This document shows positions 27,450 to 38,317 of a stretch of 64,000 nt of DNA, piece after piece; position 1 is the stretch's first letter, and every line of letters begins with the position of its first letter. The notes below the pieces were generated by a model. That model saw nothing but the letters and a program-made list of their open reading frames with translations, did not search any database and was not told where the DNA came from. The position numbers and the translations under genes were made by a program. The stretch is from Escherichia coli (GTDB taxonomy: Bacteria > Pseudomonadota > Gammaproteobacteria > Enterobacterales > Enterobacteriaceae): assembly GCF_003334765.1 (NCBI RefSeq), contig NZ_QOWT01000008.1. One strand, written 5' to 3'.

Positions 27450-29019
27450 TGTGTTTCTCCGAAACAGATGCGGTGCCTGAAGGCAAAAAATCATGCCAGG
27501 TGCTACGTTGTGCAGGCAGATCGTGCGTCCCTGAGAGGACTATAGTGGAAGCGCCCGCCAGGATCCTGATGACAGGTTGTGGAATATGCGTTCCCATCGC
27601 CAGCATCATGACCAGCAGAATCACCATTGGCGAGGTGGTCAACCAGCCGAGATCACCCCGGTTAACGGCCTGCGGCGGTTTCGCCATTAACACCCGCGCA
27701 GCCATCCGTACCAGGCCCGCCAGCACCAGCGTTAACAGCAATAACAGCAGGACGATAATCAGCAGGTGATTACGTGCCAGTCCGGCGGTAATGGTCATAA
27801 ATTCGCTAAGAAAAATGTTGAAGGGCGGCATCCCTGCCAGCGCCAGCGCACCGCCGCCAAACAGCACGGCGGTAAATGGCATGATTTTGAGCATCCCACA
27901 GACGACGTTGAGATCGCGCGTGCCGTACTTGAGCAGTACATTGCCGGAACCGCAGAACAGCAGCGTTTTTGCCAGACTGTGGTTTAAGATGTGCAGCAGC
28001 GCGGCAAAAATTCCCAGCGGCCCGCCAATGCCTAGCTCCACCGCGACCAGCCCCATGTTCTCCACGCTGGAGTACGCCAGCAGACGCTTAATGTCCCGCT
28101 GTACCAGAATGAAAAATGCCGCCACGGCAACCGACAACATGCCGAAGATGAGCAACAACCGGTTGGGGAAATCGCTGCCGATGGCTTGGCAAATAATGAT
28201 GTAATAGCGAATCAGCACCAACAGCGCGCAGTTCAGCAATACGGCGGAGAGCAGGGCGCTGACCGGACTCGGCGCTTCACTGTGAGCATCCGGCAGCCAG
28301 GCGTGCATGGGAAATAGCCCGGTTTTGGTACCAAAGCCAATTAGCAAAAACACAAAGGCCAACAGCATTAATGTTGGGTCAAGCAAGGACGATTGCTTAA
28401 GAACCTCGCTCCAGAATATCGCCATTTCTGCCTGCGGCATAACGCTGGCGGCGTTGGCGTATACCAGCACGGTACCGAACAGACCAAAAGCGACACCAAC
28501 AGTACAAATAATGATGTACTTCCATGCAGCTTCCAGCGATGAACGCTGACCGTAAATGCCTACCAGAAACGCCGAGCTTAAGGTGGTGGCTTCGATCGCC
28601 GCCCACATCACAATCAGGTTATTGCTGGTAACAACCAGCAGCATGGTGAACAAAAACAGATGGAAGAAACCGTAGTAATCGCACAGCGTAACGGGTGAAA
28701 GCTCGCCGTGTGCCACTTCATGACGCATGTAGCCAATCGAGTAAATACCGGTGAGAAAGCCAATCACACCAAGAATGGCGAGGAACAAACCGCCCAGACC
28801 ATCAATATGAAGCCACAGTCCCGCAGCGAATATTTCTCCTGCATCAGCGGCAGTTTGGACCACCCAGAGTGCCAGAATCAGCAGCAGTATGATCCCTAAG
28901 CTATGTAATACGGTCACCGTGCGAGTCGCAGAAAGTCTCCGTTTCCGGCAGGCAAAACAGAGCAGCGAAAAAAGCAGCGGCGTGAGCAGGAGTAAAGCGA
29001 ACATCACAGAATAACTCAT
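27439..29019 (-). CDS. hyfF: Hydrogenase-4 membrane subunit F (NuoL/M/N antiporter-like)
   Basis: 526-aa polytopic membrane ORF. Confidence 0.9.
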   Translation of the reverse strand: MSYSVMFALLLLTPLLFSLLCFACRKRRLSATRTVTVLHSLGIILLLILALWVVQTAADAGEIFAAGLWLHIDGLGGLFLAILGVIGFLTGIYSIGYMRHEVAHGELSPVTLCDYYGFFHLFLFTMLLVVTSNNLIVMWAAIEATTLSSAFLVGIYGQRSSLEAAWKYIIICTVGVAFGLFGTVLVYANAASVMPQAEMAIFWSEVLKQSSLLDPTLMLLAFVFLLIGFGTKTGLFPMHAWLPDAHSEAPSPVSALLSAVLLNCALLVLIRYYIIICQAIGSDFPNRLLLIFGMLSVAVAAFFILVQRDIKRLLAYSSVENMGLVAVELGIGGPLGIFAALLHILNHSLAKTLLFCGSGNVLLKYGTRDLNVVCGMLKIMPFTAVLFGGGALALAGMPPFNIFLSEFMTITAGLARNHLLIIVLLLLLLTLVLAGLVRMAARVLMAKPPQAVNRGDLGWLTTSPMVILLVMMLAMGTHIPQPVIRILAGASTIVLSGTHDLPAQRSTWHDFLPSGTASVSEKHSER

Positions 29020-29023
29020 CTCA

Positions 29024-29674
29024 TTATCCCTTCAGCGCGGTCAAGTTGTTCACGTCCAGCGTGCCGTGGGTACGCCATATTTTTCTTGCCAGTAACACCA
29101 TCACAATGACGGCGAAGATGGCGTCGGTAGCGATACCTATTTCCACCAGTTCCGGTGCTCGCCAGGCAAGAAGCGCCAGCACCAGATGGGAGCCGTTTTC
29201 CATCAGGCAGTAACCAAAAATTTGCCGCAGGATATTGCGCTGGCTGACAATGCACAGCAGGCCAAGCAGAAAATGACCTAACGCTACCGCCAGCGCCGGT
29301 TTCAGCCCGGTAGCCATCGGTAGCTTCACGGGCTGAACGACAAATGCGCAAAGCAGGACAATTAACGCCGCGAGCAGTGCCATCATTGCCGGACCGAATA
29401 ACGCTTTTTCCGGGATGTTCTGGGGAATATTTCGTGCAGCGTAAGTCATGATTAACGGTACCAGCAGCACTTTGGTGATAAAGGCGCTGGCGGACCAGAT
29501 CAGCAGTTGCTCTGCGGCGAACAGGCACGAGAGAGTGGCGAAAATAGACACCAGCACCAGTGACTGGCAGGCGTAAAATCCGCATGACAGGCGATAGCTT
29601 TTGACGCTAATCACAAACAGCGATGTCAGCATCATCAGTCCCGCCAGATTATTTACGATCATAGAACCGGTCAT
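29024..29674 (-). CDS. hyfE: Hydrogenase-4 membrane subunit E
   Basis: 216-aa hydrophobic ORF. Confidence 0.88.
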   Translation of the reverse strand: MTGSMIVNNLAGLMMLTSLFVISVKSYRLSCGFYACQSLVLVSIFATLSCLFAAEQLLIWSASAFITKVLLVPLIMTYAARNIPQNIPEKALFGPAMMALLAALIVLLCAFVVQPVKLPMATGLKPALAVALGHFLLGLLCIVSQRNILRQIFGYCLMENGSHLVLALLAWRAPELVEIGIATDAIFAVIVMVLLARKIWRTHGTLDVNNLTALKG

Positions 29675-29685
29675 TCATCATCTCC

Positions 29686-31125
29686 TTACTGCAACCAGGT
29701 CGCGGCGATTACGCTGGAAATCAGCGACATCACAATCAGTACAATCAACACCAGGCGCATTGATCCTGGCAGCGGTGCGGCATCGGCGACGGCCTCGCTC
29801 GGTTTGCCAGGCACAACGCGACCAAACCAGCGAATAAACCAGGCGAAACTGGCGACCGATTCAATCATCAGAAGAATCATGGCGGGCAGCAGGATCCAGT
29901 ACTCCACTGACAACGCAAAACCGGCAGCAAACAGCGGGAATTTACTGAAGAAGCCGTTGAACGGCGGCACGCCGGTAATCGCCAGCGCTGCCACGCAGAA
30001 ACCCACGCCTGGCAACGGCAGGGTGTGCAATACGCCACGCAGACGCGGCAACAAGCGCGTGCCGCAGCTGTAACTCAGCGCACCTGCTACAAGGAAAAAC
30101 AGGCTTTTAGCGAACGCGTGGTTGACGATGTAGGCGATGCTGCCCTCCAGCGCCAGCCGCGAGCCGAAGATGGAGAGCGACAAGCCGAAGAACATCCAGC
30201 CAAGTTGAGTGATGGTCGACCAGGCTAGCAACCGCTTCATATCCTGCTGTGGCAAATACATCAGAAAGCCATAAAGAATGGTGACCAGTGCCATGACCAT
30301 GCCAACGCCGCCAATCACATGCGGGATATTGCCGCCGTCGATAATAGCGCGGGCAAAAATGTAAACGCCCACTTTCACCATCGATGCGGCGTGGAGATAG
30401 GCGCTGATCGGTGTTGGCGCTTCCATTGCGTCCGGTAGCCACGCTTGCATCGGTAGCTGGGCCGATTTCCCCCACGCGGCAAACAGGATGCCGCCATAAA
30501 CCAGATAACGTGCGTCGCCGTGTAACTCGCTCATCGCGCTAAGCGCAAACGTTCCGGTCTGCAAAAACAGCGTGGCGGCGGCAAGATACAACCCCAACGA
30601 GCCGATATGAGTGATAAGTAACGCTTTTAGTGCTGAACGCTGCGCTTTATCGCTCTGGTAATAACTGATCAACGCCCAGGAGCAGCCGCCTGTAATTTCA
30701 AAAAACAACAACTGACCGAGCAGCGTCGAGGAGAGTACCAGTCCCGCCATCGCGCCGATAAACACCAGTAAAAATGCGTAATAACGATTCGTGCCGTTAT
30801 GCGGGTGTTCGCGATTTTTATCCGTCAGATAACCCGTGGAGTAGATCGTGACCAGCAAACCGAGAAACACCACCACAAACAGAATCAGCGTACTCACGCG
30901 ATCAATGACCAGGCCAAACAACGCCACATCCCCCACGTTGACCAACGTCAACGTGACGGCAACTTTATCGGCCTGATAAAACGCGGAGATCAGTGACAAC
31001 ATGCACAGCGTGGTCAGCGCGGCGAACAAAACCCCCCATTCGGCGGCCCGACGTTGTGGCGAAAACGAAACGACCAGTGCGCCGATAAAAGGCAGCAATA
31101 ACGTCGTCAGAGCAAGATTTTCCAT
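29686..31125 (-). CDS. hyfD: Hydrogenase-4 membrane subunit D (antiporter-like)
   Basis: 479-aa polytopic membrane ORF. Confidence 0.9.
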   Translation of the reverse strand: MENLALTTLLLPFIGALVVSFSPQRRAAEWGVLFAALTTLCMLSLISAFYQADKVAVTLTLVNVGDVALFGLVIDRVSTLILFVVVFLGLLVTIYSTGYLTDKNREHPHNGTNRYYAFLLVFIGAMAGLVLSSTLLGQLLFFEITGGCSWALISYYQSDKAQRSALKALLITHIGSLGLYLAAATLFLQTGTFALSAMSELHGDARYLVYGGILFAAWGKSAQLPMQAWLPDAMEAPTPISAYLHAASMVKVGVYIFARAIIDGGNIPHVIGGVGMVMALVTILYGFLMYLPQQDMKRLLAWSTITQLGWMFFGLSLSIFGSRLALEGSIAYIVNHAFAKSLFFLVAGALSYSCGTRLLPRLRGVLHTLPLPGVGFCVAALAITGVPPFNGFFSKFPLFAAGFALSVEYWILLPAMILLMIESVASFAWFIRWFGRVVPGKPSEAVADAAPLPGSMRLVLIVLIVMSLISSVIAATWLQ

Positions 31126-31141
31126 ATTCCGTCAGTGCTCC

Positions 31142-32089
31142 TTACAGACCGGTTAACCAGAAGACCCATGCAAGCGCAGCAAGGCTGAAGCCAAGCCAGG
31201 TCACATGGTGAATGAGTAAAAAACGCCCGCGTGCCAGCGTGTTTTCTGCGATTGAGGCCAGTACAAAAATCAGCAAAACCTTGAGCAGCGTAACGACAAG
31301 TGAAGTCAGCAGGCAGGCGAGAGAAAGTTCTTGCGCGCGCCCAAAGGGCAGAAACAGGGCCACAAACAGTGATGCCATCACGACCTGTTTCAGCCCCAGC
31401 CCCCATTTCGCTAGCGCCAGCCCGGCACCGGAATATTCGGTCAGCGGGCCTTCCTGTAATTCCTGTTCTGCTTCAGCAACATCAAAGGGAATTTTTCCCA
31501 TCTCAATGAAGCAGGCAAAACCACAGGCCAGTAACGCCAGTACGGTGGTTAGCGGCGAGTTCCAGCCCATCGCCAGCGTATTGCTGATCATCTCGATATG
31601 CGTGGAACCTGCTATCAGCGCCAATACCAGCAGTGAGAGAATAAGCATTGGTTCGACCAGAATGCCGAGCGTCAACTCGCGACTGGCACCGACTCCCGCA
31701 AACGGACTTCCGGTATCCAGCCCGGAAAGAGCAAAGAAAAAACGAAACAGGGCAAGAAGATAGATAAGGGTGATCAGATCGCCGCCGCCCGCAAAAGGGG
31801 AAACGGTAATAAACAGTGGTAAGGCCATCGCCAGCACCAGCATGCTGCTGATTAATACCCACGGCATCAGGCGGAACATCAGACCTGAAGATGTCGGCGC
31901 AACTTCCTGGCGTTTAAACAGTTTGTGGATATCGCGATAATCCTGCCAGATCCCCGGCCCGCGGCGGGAGTGCATACGCGCGCGTATCTGCCGGGAAATA
32001 CCCGTAAAAAGTGGGGTTAGCATCAGCAGAATCACGGCCTGTGCTAACGCAAAAATGACCAGATATCCGTCGCAAAGAGTTTGTCTCAT
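31142..32089 (-). CDS. hyfC: Hydrogenase-4 membrane subunit C (NuoH-like)
   Basis: ORF track 31142..32110; start reset to MRQTLCDGYLVIF (315 aa). Confidence 0.88.
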   Translation of the reverse strand: MRQTLCDGYLVIFALAQAVILLMLTPLFTGISRQIRARMHSRRGPGIWQDYRDIHKLFKRQEVAPTSSGLMFRLMPWVLISSMLVLAMALPLFITVSPFAGGGDLITLIYLLALFRFFFALSGLDTGSPFAGVGASRELTLGILVEPMLILSLLVLALIAGSTHIEMISNTLAMGWNSPLTTVLALLACGFACFIEMGKIPFDVAEAEQELQEGPLTEYSGAGLALAKWGLGLKQVVMASLFVALFLPFGRAQELSLACLLTSLVVTLLKVLLIFVLASIAENTLARGRFLLIHHVTWLGFSLAALAWVFWLTGL

Positions 32090-32099
32090 GGTGATTTCC

Positions 32100-34118
32100 T
32101 TAGACGGCAATAGCGATTAGCAGCACAACCAGTGCGGCGACCACATACAGGCAATAGAGACGAAAGTCGCCGCTTTGCAGATGCTGTATTTCTTTGGCCA
32201 GCCGTTGGGTGGCGCTCACGATGGGGCGGATCACCCGCTCATCCCAGAAGGGTTCTGTGCTCTGAGCCCTGGCGGTGACGTGCGCAAGACCTTTATTTAG
32301 CCTCAGCGTAGGGTCGAGCTGTTGTCGTAGACGAAATAGCGCAGAAAAGACCACACGCAGCGGCTGCATCACGCCATTGCCTGACGGGGCCATCGCATTT
32401 TCCCAGCCGTAGCCGCATGCCCAGGCATCTCCTGTGCGACGAAACGCTGCGCGGCGCGAACGACACCACAGCCAGTAAAGGCCAGGCAGCAAAGGCATCG
32501 CCAGTAGTAACAGCAACAGTAATGAGGGGGTGACCTGTGTATGAAACGTGCCGGGTACAAGTGCTATTCCGCTGGCGACAGTGGCGGGAGGGGTATTGGT
32601 AAACGCATGGGCAATATGCATTATCTTCGGTGCCAGCCAACTGGCACTAAGCGCAATTAATACGCAGAGTGCCGCGAGCAGTAGCATGGCGACGATCATC
32701 GTATTTGGCACTTCCTGTGCCTCTTCAGCGTGTGTACTGCGCGGCGCACCACAGAAAGTAATACCGTACATTTTTACGAAGCACATTACTGCCAGCCCAC
32801 CAGTGACTGCCAGCATTACCATAGCAATAGGACCCGCAAGTTGTAGCGCTACGGCTTCCACACGACTTAGTGAGAACAGCGACTGCCAGGTGTACCATTC
32901 GCTGATAAAACCATTCAGCGGAGGAATGGCTGATATCGCGAGGCAACCAATCAGGCATGCTGCGGCTGTCCACGGCATCCGTTTCGCTAGTGCCCCCATT
33001 TTTTCCATGTCGTGGGTATGCAAACGCGAAATAATCGCTCCCGCGCCGAGAAATAGCAGCCCTTTGAACAGCGCATGGTTGAGCAGATGAAACAGTGCGC
33101 CGAGCAGTCCAACCACGGTGAGCAGCGGGTCGTGCAGTGACAGACCGACCATCGCCACACCGACTGCCAGCAAAATAATGCCGACGTTTTCGACGGTACT
33201 CCAGGCCAGCAGCCGTTTGATATCCTGTTCCGCCAGCGCATATAGCACGCCCAGGAGCGCGGAGATTGCGCCGATCGCCATCACCAGAATGCCCCACCAC
33301 AGAGGCAAACCCGTTTGCGCCAGCAGATCCATCGCTACTTTCAGGATGCCGAAAATACCTATTTTGACCATTACGCCAGACATCAACGCCGAAGCGTGCG
33401 ATGGTGCGGCAGGGTGAGCGCGCGGCAACCAGCTGTGCAACGGCATCATCCCGGCTTTCGCGCCAAAACCGAAAAAGGCCAGCAGGAACACCGCCGACGC
33501 CAGCCCCGGAGAAAGTGAAAGCGTGCGGAAACTGGCAAAATCGAGGCTGCCGCTTTCGCGCCCCATCAGCAAGAAGGCGATCATTATCAGCACCGATCCG
33601 GCGTGGGCGATAAAAAAGTAGAGCATGCCAGCGTTGATCGACGTTTTATCCTGCCTGGCAATGACCAGAAACCAGGAAGACAGCGACATCATTTCAAACA
33701 GCACGATGAACCAAAAAGCGTTGTCCATCACCAGCAGGGCAACCATCGATGCGATGAAAATATTCATAAAGAAGCCCATCGCCGCCGCGCCTTTGCCCTC
33801 GTATTCGCGCATATAAGTCAATGAATAGAGAGAACAAACCACCACCAGCAAGGAGATAACCAGCACCATAAATGCCGAGAGGCTATCCATTCGCAGGGTT
33901 AAATCGGCAAATTCAAAAGGGGTGGCAAAACGGGCGACTAAAGTTACACCAGCATGTAATTGCGTAATTCCGCTGATGATGCCAATCACGCCGCCCACCA
34001 GCGATGTGATGCCGGAAAGCTTAATAGCCAGTCTGTCCAGACCGAGTAAAAACAGCGAAGCCAGACTAGCAAACAGATAGAGAATCAGCGACCAGGTTAA
34101 TAATTGCAGGGCATCCAT
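32100..34118 (-). CDS. hyfB: Hydrogenase-4 membrane subunit B (NuoL-like antiporter-like)
   Basis: 672-aa polytopic membrane ORF; start overlaps the hyfA stop. Confidence 0.9.
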   Translation of the reverse strand: MDALQLLTWSLILYLFASLASLFLLGLDRLAIKLSGITSLVGGVIGIISGITQLHAGVTLVARFATPFEFADLTLRMDSLSAFMVLVISLLVVVCSLYSLTYMREYEGKGAAAMGFFMNIFIASMVALLVMDNAFWFIVLFEMMSLSSWFLVIARQDKTSINAGMLYFFIAHAGSVLIMIAFLLMGRESGSLDFASFRTLSLSPGLASAVFLLAFFGFGAKAGMMPLHSWLPRAHPAAPSHASALMSGVMVKIGIFGILKVAMDLLAQTGLPLWWGILVMAIGAISALLGVLYALAEQDIKRLLAWSTVENVGIILLAVGVAMVGLSLHDPLLTVVGLLGALFHLLNHALFKGLLFLGAGAIISRLHTHDMEKMGALAKRMPWTAAACLIGCLAISAIPPLNGFISEWYTWQSLFSLSRVEAVALQLAGPIAMVMLAVTGGLAVMCFVKMYGITFCGAPRSTHAEEAQEVPNTMIVAMLLLAALCVLIALSASWLAPKIMHIAHAFTNTPPATVASGIALVPGTFHTQVTPSLLLLLLLAMPLLPGLYWLWCRSRRAAFRRTGDAWACGYGWENAMAPSGNGVMQPLRVVFSALFRLRQQLDPTLRLNKGLAHVTARAQSTEPFWDERVIRPIVSATQRLAKEIQHLQSGDFRLYCLYVVAALVVLLIAIAV

Positions 34119-34735
34119 TAGCGTTGCTCCTGAGTGAGGGAAAGGGGATCCTCCCCGCCATTGGCAAACCAGCTTGCGGCAAGGCGCTGTTTTTCTTTCA
34201 TCTGACGTTGCAGGCTATCACCGGTGATCAGCCGTAACGCCTGATTCGGGCAAGCGCGAACGCAGGCCGGACCTTCTGGCAAGAAATCACACAGGTCGCA
34301 TTTCACCGCGACGGTCTGGACACCAGGTTCCCAGCGCAGCAAAGCATGTTGTGTTGGCGCGTTTTCTTCGCCGTCTTTGAGTGAGCCTTCAGCCTGAAAA
34401 ACATATTGCGCATGGGCATTCACCGGACGGCTTCCTGAAGCGCTGATTGCGCCAAATGGGCAGACCACGGCGCAAAGCTTGCAGCCAATACAGAGGCTTT
34501 CGTTGAGTTGGATCGCATCATCCCTCTGAGAGATGGCATTGACCGGGCAGACCTGCAGGCAAGGGGCTTCCTCACAGTGATGACACACGACAGGGGCAGT
34601 GATTGTTGACGTCTTCGCCAGGGCCAGGCGCGGGTGTTGCTGTAAACCTTGCGTTTTATGCACGTCCGAACAGGCAGCGAGACAGGTATTACATCCTGTA
34701 CACCACAGTGGTTCGGCCACCACAAAGCGGTTCAT
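34118..34735 (-). CDS. hyfA: Hydrogenase-4 4Fe-4S ferredoxin subunit A
   Basis: ORF track 34118..34774; start reset to MNRFVVAEPLWCTGCNTC (205 aa) with AAGGAG 5 nt upstream; four Cys clusters. Confidence 0.9.
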   Translation of the reverse strand: MNRFVVAEPLWCTGCNTCLAACSDVHKTQGLQQHPRLALAKTSTITAPVVCHHCEEAPCLQVCPVNAISQRDDAIQLNESLCIGCKLCAVVCPFGAISASGSRPVNAHAQYVFQAEGSLKDGEENAPTQHALLRWEPGVQTVAVKCDLCDFLPEGPACVRACPNQALRLITGDSLQRQMKEKQRLAASWFANGGEDPLSLTQEQR

Positions 34736-34776
34736 GTCGGCTCCTTGAAAATGATATGAAACATTGCATTTCATAT

Positions 34777-34792
34777 TGCATAAAGGATGCCA
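34777..34792 (-). promoter_or_regulatory. Sigma54 (-24/-12) promoter of the hyf operon
   Basis: Minus strand reads TGGCATCCTTTATGCA against consensus TGGCACG-N4-TTGCA; GG and GC correctly spaced; about 45 nt upstream of the hyfA ATG; fits a HyfR-activated operon. Confidence 0.65.
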
Positions 34793-34917
34793 TTCTGATT
34801 AACTCAATATATTCAATAAGTTATGTATTAACTGGATTCTGAACGGTACAAAAATGATGGTCATTAACGTTCAGCAAAAAATGGATTCGACACCCGTGTC
34901 GCAGGGGAAAGCGAGAA

Positions 34918-34933
34918 TGTGATCTTGATCACG
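34918..34933. promoter_or_regulatory. CRP-like palindrome TGTGATCTTGATCACG
   Basis: Close match to TGTGA-N6-TCACA, about 150 bp upstream of the sigma54 element, between the bcp 3' end and hyfA. Confidence 0.45.
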
Positions 34934-34987
34934 AGAAGTGAGGTATGCTGGCCGCAAGCGCAGCCAGCACGGAATGGAGCAAAGTAA

Positions 34988-35458
34988 TCAGGCGTGTTCT
35001 TTCAGCCAGTTCAGCACAACGTCGTGGTGATTGCTGGTTTTGAAATCGTCAAAGACATGTTCGATTTTGCCATCAGCGTCAATCAGGAAGCTGATGCGAT
35101 GAATGCCATCGTAGGTTTTGCCCATGAAGGACTTTTCACCCCAGACGCCGAATTGTTCGCACACCTGGTGGTCCTCATCAGACAGGAGCGTAAAGTTAAG
35201 CAGCTCTTTTTCCGCAAAACGGGAGAGTTTTTCGGGTTTATCGGTGCTGATACCCAGCACATCAACGCCCGCTTTTTTCAACTCATCCATGTTATCGCGT
35301 AAGCCGCAGGCCTGTACGGTACAGCCGGGGGTCATGGCTTTCGGGTAGAAATAAACCAGAACACGCTGTCCCTGGAAGTCGGTCAAATTAACTTGTTCTC
35401 CGTCTTGATCCGGCAAGCTAAATTTCGGTGCGATATCACCGGCTTTCAGTGGATTCAT
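34988..35458 (-). CDS. bcp: Thiol peroxidase Bcp (peroxiredoxin)
   Basis: 156-aa ORF MNPLKAGDIAPKFSLPDQDGE... with peroxidatic Cys in the TPGCT motif. Confidence 0.93.
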   Translation of the reverse strand: MNPLKAGDIAPKFSLPDQDGEQVNLTDFQGQRVLVYFYPKAMTPGCTVQACGLRDNMDELKKAGVDVLGISTDKPEKLSRFAEKELLNFTLLSDEDHQVCEQFGVWGEKSFMGKTYDGIHRISFLIDADGKIEHVFDDFKTSNHHDVVLNWLKEHA

Positions 35459-36030
35459 TACTTAACTCCATCCTGTTCATCATGTTGGGAATAATTGACG
35501 ACGTTAATACTGCCTTGTGCATTGAGTTCTGTACATAGGGCTTTGAACGCTTGCTCAATATTTGCTGCGTCCGCAGATGCGGGGCTGTGGGCGGTTATCT
35601 GAATATGCAACTGCGCAGCCCGTTCATTTTCAGCAGGTTGCGTGCGCGACACCAGCTCCGCAATGTTCATATGATGCGCGTCGAAAAGTGCTGTGAAGCG
35701 TTCAATTAAATGCGGGGAGTCTGCCACATCGACCTGAACCCAGACAGATGCTGGCATTGGCGGACGCGGACGCGCCGTCGTGCGCTTCATCACGATTAAA
35801 AGATCCAGTTCGGCACCTTTCAACGGTAACGTTGATTCAATCAGAGTAATGGCATTCCATGAACCGGAAAGCAGCATAATAAACGTGAACTCTTCTCCCA
35901 GCATCGCCAGGCGACTGTCTTCAATATTACAGCCGCAACTACTGACATGACGGGTGATGGTGTTCACAATTCCAGGGCGATCGGCACCCAACGCAGTGAT
36001 CACCAGATAATGTTGCGATGACAGTGTCAA
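35458..36030 (-). CDS. gcvR: Glycine cleavage system regulator GcvR (ACT domains)
   Basis: ORF track 35458..36096; 190-aa form starts at TTG 36028-36030 preceded by AAGGA; stop overlaps the bcp start. Confidence 0.8.
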   Translation of the reverse strand: MTLSSQHYLVITALGADRPGIVNTITRHVSSCGCNIEDSRLAMLGEEFTFIMLLSGSWNAITLIESTLPLKGAELDLLIVMKRTTARPRPPMPASVWVQVDVADSPHLIERFTALFDAHHMNIAELVSRTQPAENERAAQLHIQITAHSPASADAANIEQAFKALCTELNAQGSINVVNYSQHDEQDGVK

Positions 36031-36175
36031 ACTGGTTATTCCTTTAAGGGGTGAGTTGTTCTTAAGGAAAGCATAAAAAAAACATGCATACAACAATCAG
36101 AACGGTTCTGTCTGCTTGCTTTTAATGCCATACCAAACGTACCATTGAGACACTTGTTTGCACAGAGGATGGCCC

Positions 36176-37054
36176 ATGTTCACGGGAAGTATTGTCGCGA
36201 TTGTTACTCCGATGGATGAAAAAGGTAATGTCTGTCGGGCTAGCTTGAAAAAACTGATTGATTATCATGTCGCCAGCGGTACTTCGGCGATCGTTTCTGT
36301 TGGCACCACTGGCGAGTCCGCTACCTTAAATCATGACGAACATGCTGATGTGGTGATGATGACGCTGGATCTGGCTGATGGGCGCATTCCGGTAATTGCC
36401 GGGACCGGCGCTAACGCTACTGCGGAAGCCATTAGCCTGACGCAGCGCTTCAATGACAGTGGTATCGTCGGCTGCCTGACGGTAACCCCTTACTACAATC
36501 GTCCGTCGCAAGAAGGTTTGTATCAGCATTTCAAAGCCATCGCTGAGCATACTGACCTGCCGCAAATTCTGTATAATGTGCCGTCCCGTACTGGCTGCGA
36601 TCTGCTCCCGGAAACGGTGGGCCGTCTGGCGAAAGTAAAAAATATTATCGGAATCAAAGAGGCAACAGGGAACTTAACGCGTGTAAACCAGATCAAAGAG
36701 CTGGTTTCAGATGATTTTGTTCTGCTGAGCGGCGATGATGCGAGCGCGCTGGACTTCATGCAATTGGGCGGTCATGGGGTTATTTCCGTTACGGCTAACG
36801 TCGCAGCGCGTGATATGGCCCAGATGTGCAAACTGGCAGCAGAAGGGCATTTTGCCGAGGCACGCGTTATTAATCAGCGTCTGATGCCATTACACAACAA
36901 ACTATTTGTCGAACCCAATCCAATCCCGGTGAAATGGGCATGTAAGGAACTGGGTCTTGTGGCGACCGATACGCTGCGCCTGCCAATGACACCAATCACC
37001 GACAGTGGTCGTGAGACGGTCAGAGCGGCGCTTAAGCATGCCGGTTTGCTGTAA
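36176..37054 (+). CDS. dapA: 4-hydroxy-tetrahydrodipicolinate synthase
   Basis: ORF track 36158..37054; start reset to [18 protein letters not shown] (292 aa). Confidence 0.95.
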
Positions 37055-37070
37055 AGTTTAGGGAGATTTG

Positions 37071-38105
37071 ATGGCTTACTCTGTTCAAAAGTCGCGCCTG
37101 GCAAAGGTTGCGGGTGTTTCGCTTGTTTTATTACTCGCTGCCTGTAGTTCTGACTCACGCTATAAGCGTCAGGTCAGTGGTGATGAAGCCTACCTGGAAG
37201 CGGCACCGCTTGCGGAGCTTCATGCCCCGGCTGGAATGATTTTGCCGGTGACCTCCGGTGATTATGCAATCCCGGTGACCAACGGTAGTGGTGCTGTCGG
37301 TAAGGCGCTGGACATTCGTCCACCAGCCCAGCCGCTGGCACTGGTTTCTGGCGCGCGTACCCAGTTCACGGGCGATACCGCTTCATTGCTGGTGGAAAAT
37401 GGTCGTGGCAATACTCTGTGGCCGCAGGTGGTTAGCGTGCTGCAGGCGAAAAACTACACCATCACCCAACGTGATGATGCTGGTCAGACACTGACCACCG
37501 ATTGGGTACAATGGAACCGTCTGGACGAAGACGAGCAGTATCGTGGTCGTTATCAAATCTCTGTTAAGCCGCAGGGTTATCAGCAGGCGGTTACGGTTAA
37601 ACTGCTGAACCTGGAACAGGCGGGCAAACCGGTTGCAGACGCGGCTTCCATGCAGCGTTACAGCACGGAGATGATGAACGTTATTTCCGCCGGTCTGGAT
37701 AAATCTGCCACTGACGCCGCGAACGCTGCGCAAAATCGTGCCTCCACCACTATGGACGTACAAAGTGCAGCTGATGACACCGGTTTACCAATGCTGGTCG
37801 TACGCGGGCCGTTCAATGTGGTTTGGCAACGTCTGCCAGCGGCGCTGGAAAAAGTGGGCATGAAAGTGACCGACAGCACCCGTTCGCAGGGCAACATGGC
37901 CGTAACTTATAAGCCGCTGTCTGACAGCGACTGGCAGGAACTGGGCGCGAGCGATCCAGGCCTGGCATCCGGTGACTATAAACTGCAGGTTGGCGATTTA
38001 GATAACCGCAGCAGCCTACAGTTCATCGATCCGAAAGGTCATACTCTGACTCAGAGTCAGAACGACGCGCTGGTAGCTGTCTTCCAGGCTGCGTTTAGCA
38101 AGTAA
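37071..38105 (+). CDS. bamC: Outer-membrane protein assembly lipoprotein BamC (NlpB)
   Basis: ORF track 37068..38105; [27 protein letters not shown] with lipobox LAAC (344 aa). Confidence 0.93.
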
Positions 38106-38110
38106 AAATA

Positions 38111-38140
38111 CAGGGCTGGAATCATCCGGCCCTTTTTTCT
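38111..38140 (+). terminator. Rho-independent terminator after bamC
   Basis: CAGGGCTGGA-atcat-CCGGCCC followed by TTTTTT. Confidence 0.65.
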
Positions 38141-38148
38141 GATATGAT

Positions 38149-38164
38149 ACGCAAACGTGTGCGT
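38149..38164. promoter_or_regulatory. PurR operator upstream of purC
   Basis: ACGCAAACGTGTGCGT, near-perfect pur box directly downstream of a TATGAT -10-like hexamer; about 150 nt upstream of the purC ATG. Confidence 0.6.
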
Positions 38165-38208
38165 CTGCAGGAAAACGCGATTTTAGCGGTAATTCGCACG
38201 AAATTTGT

Positions 38209-38262
<54 letters not shown>

Positions 38263-38317
38263 CACACCAGACAGCAAAAGATTTTAAAACGTTAATTCAC
38301 ACCCAGGAGTGATAAAG

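Noticed and set aside
27439-34118. Possible tandem duplication suggested by three similar large membrane ORFs
   Set aside because: HyfB, HyfD and HyfF are diverged paralogous antiporter-like subunits expected in hydrogenase-4, not a recent duplication.
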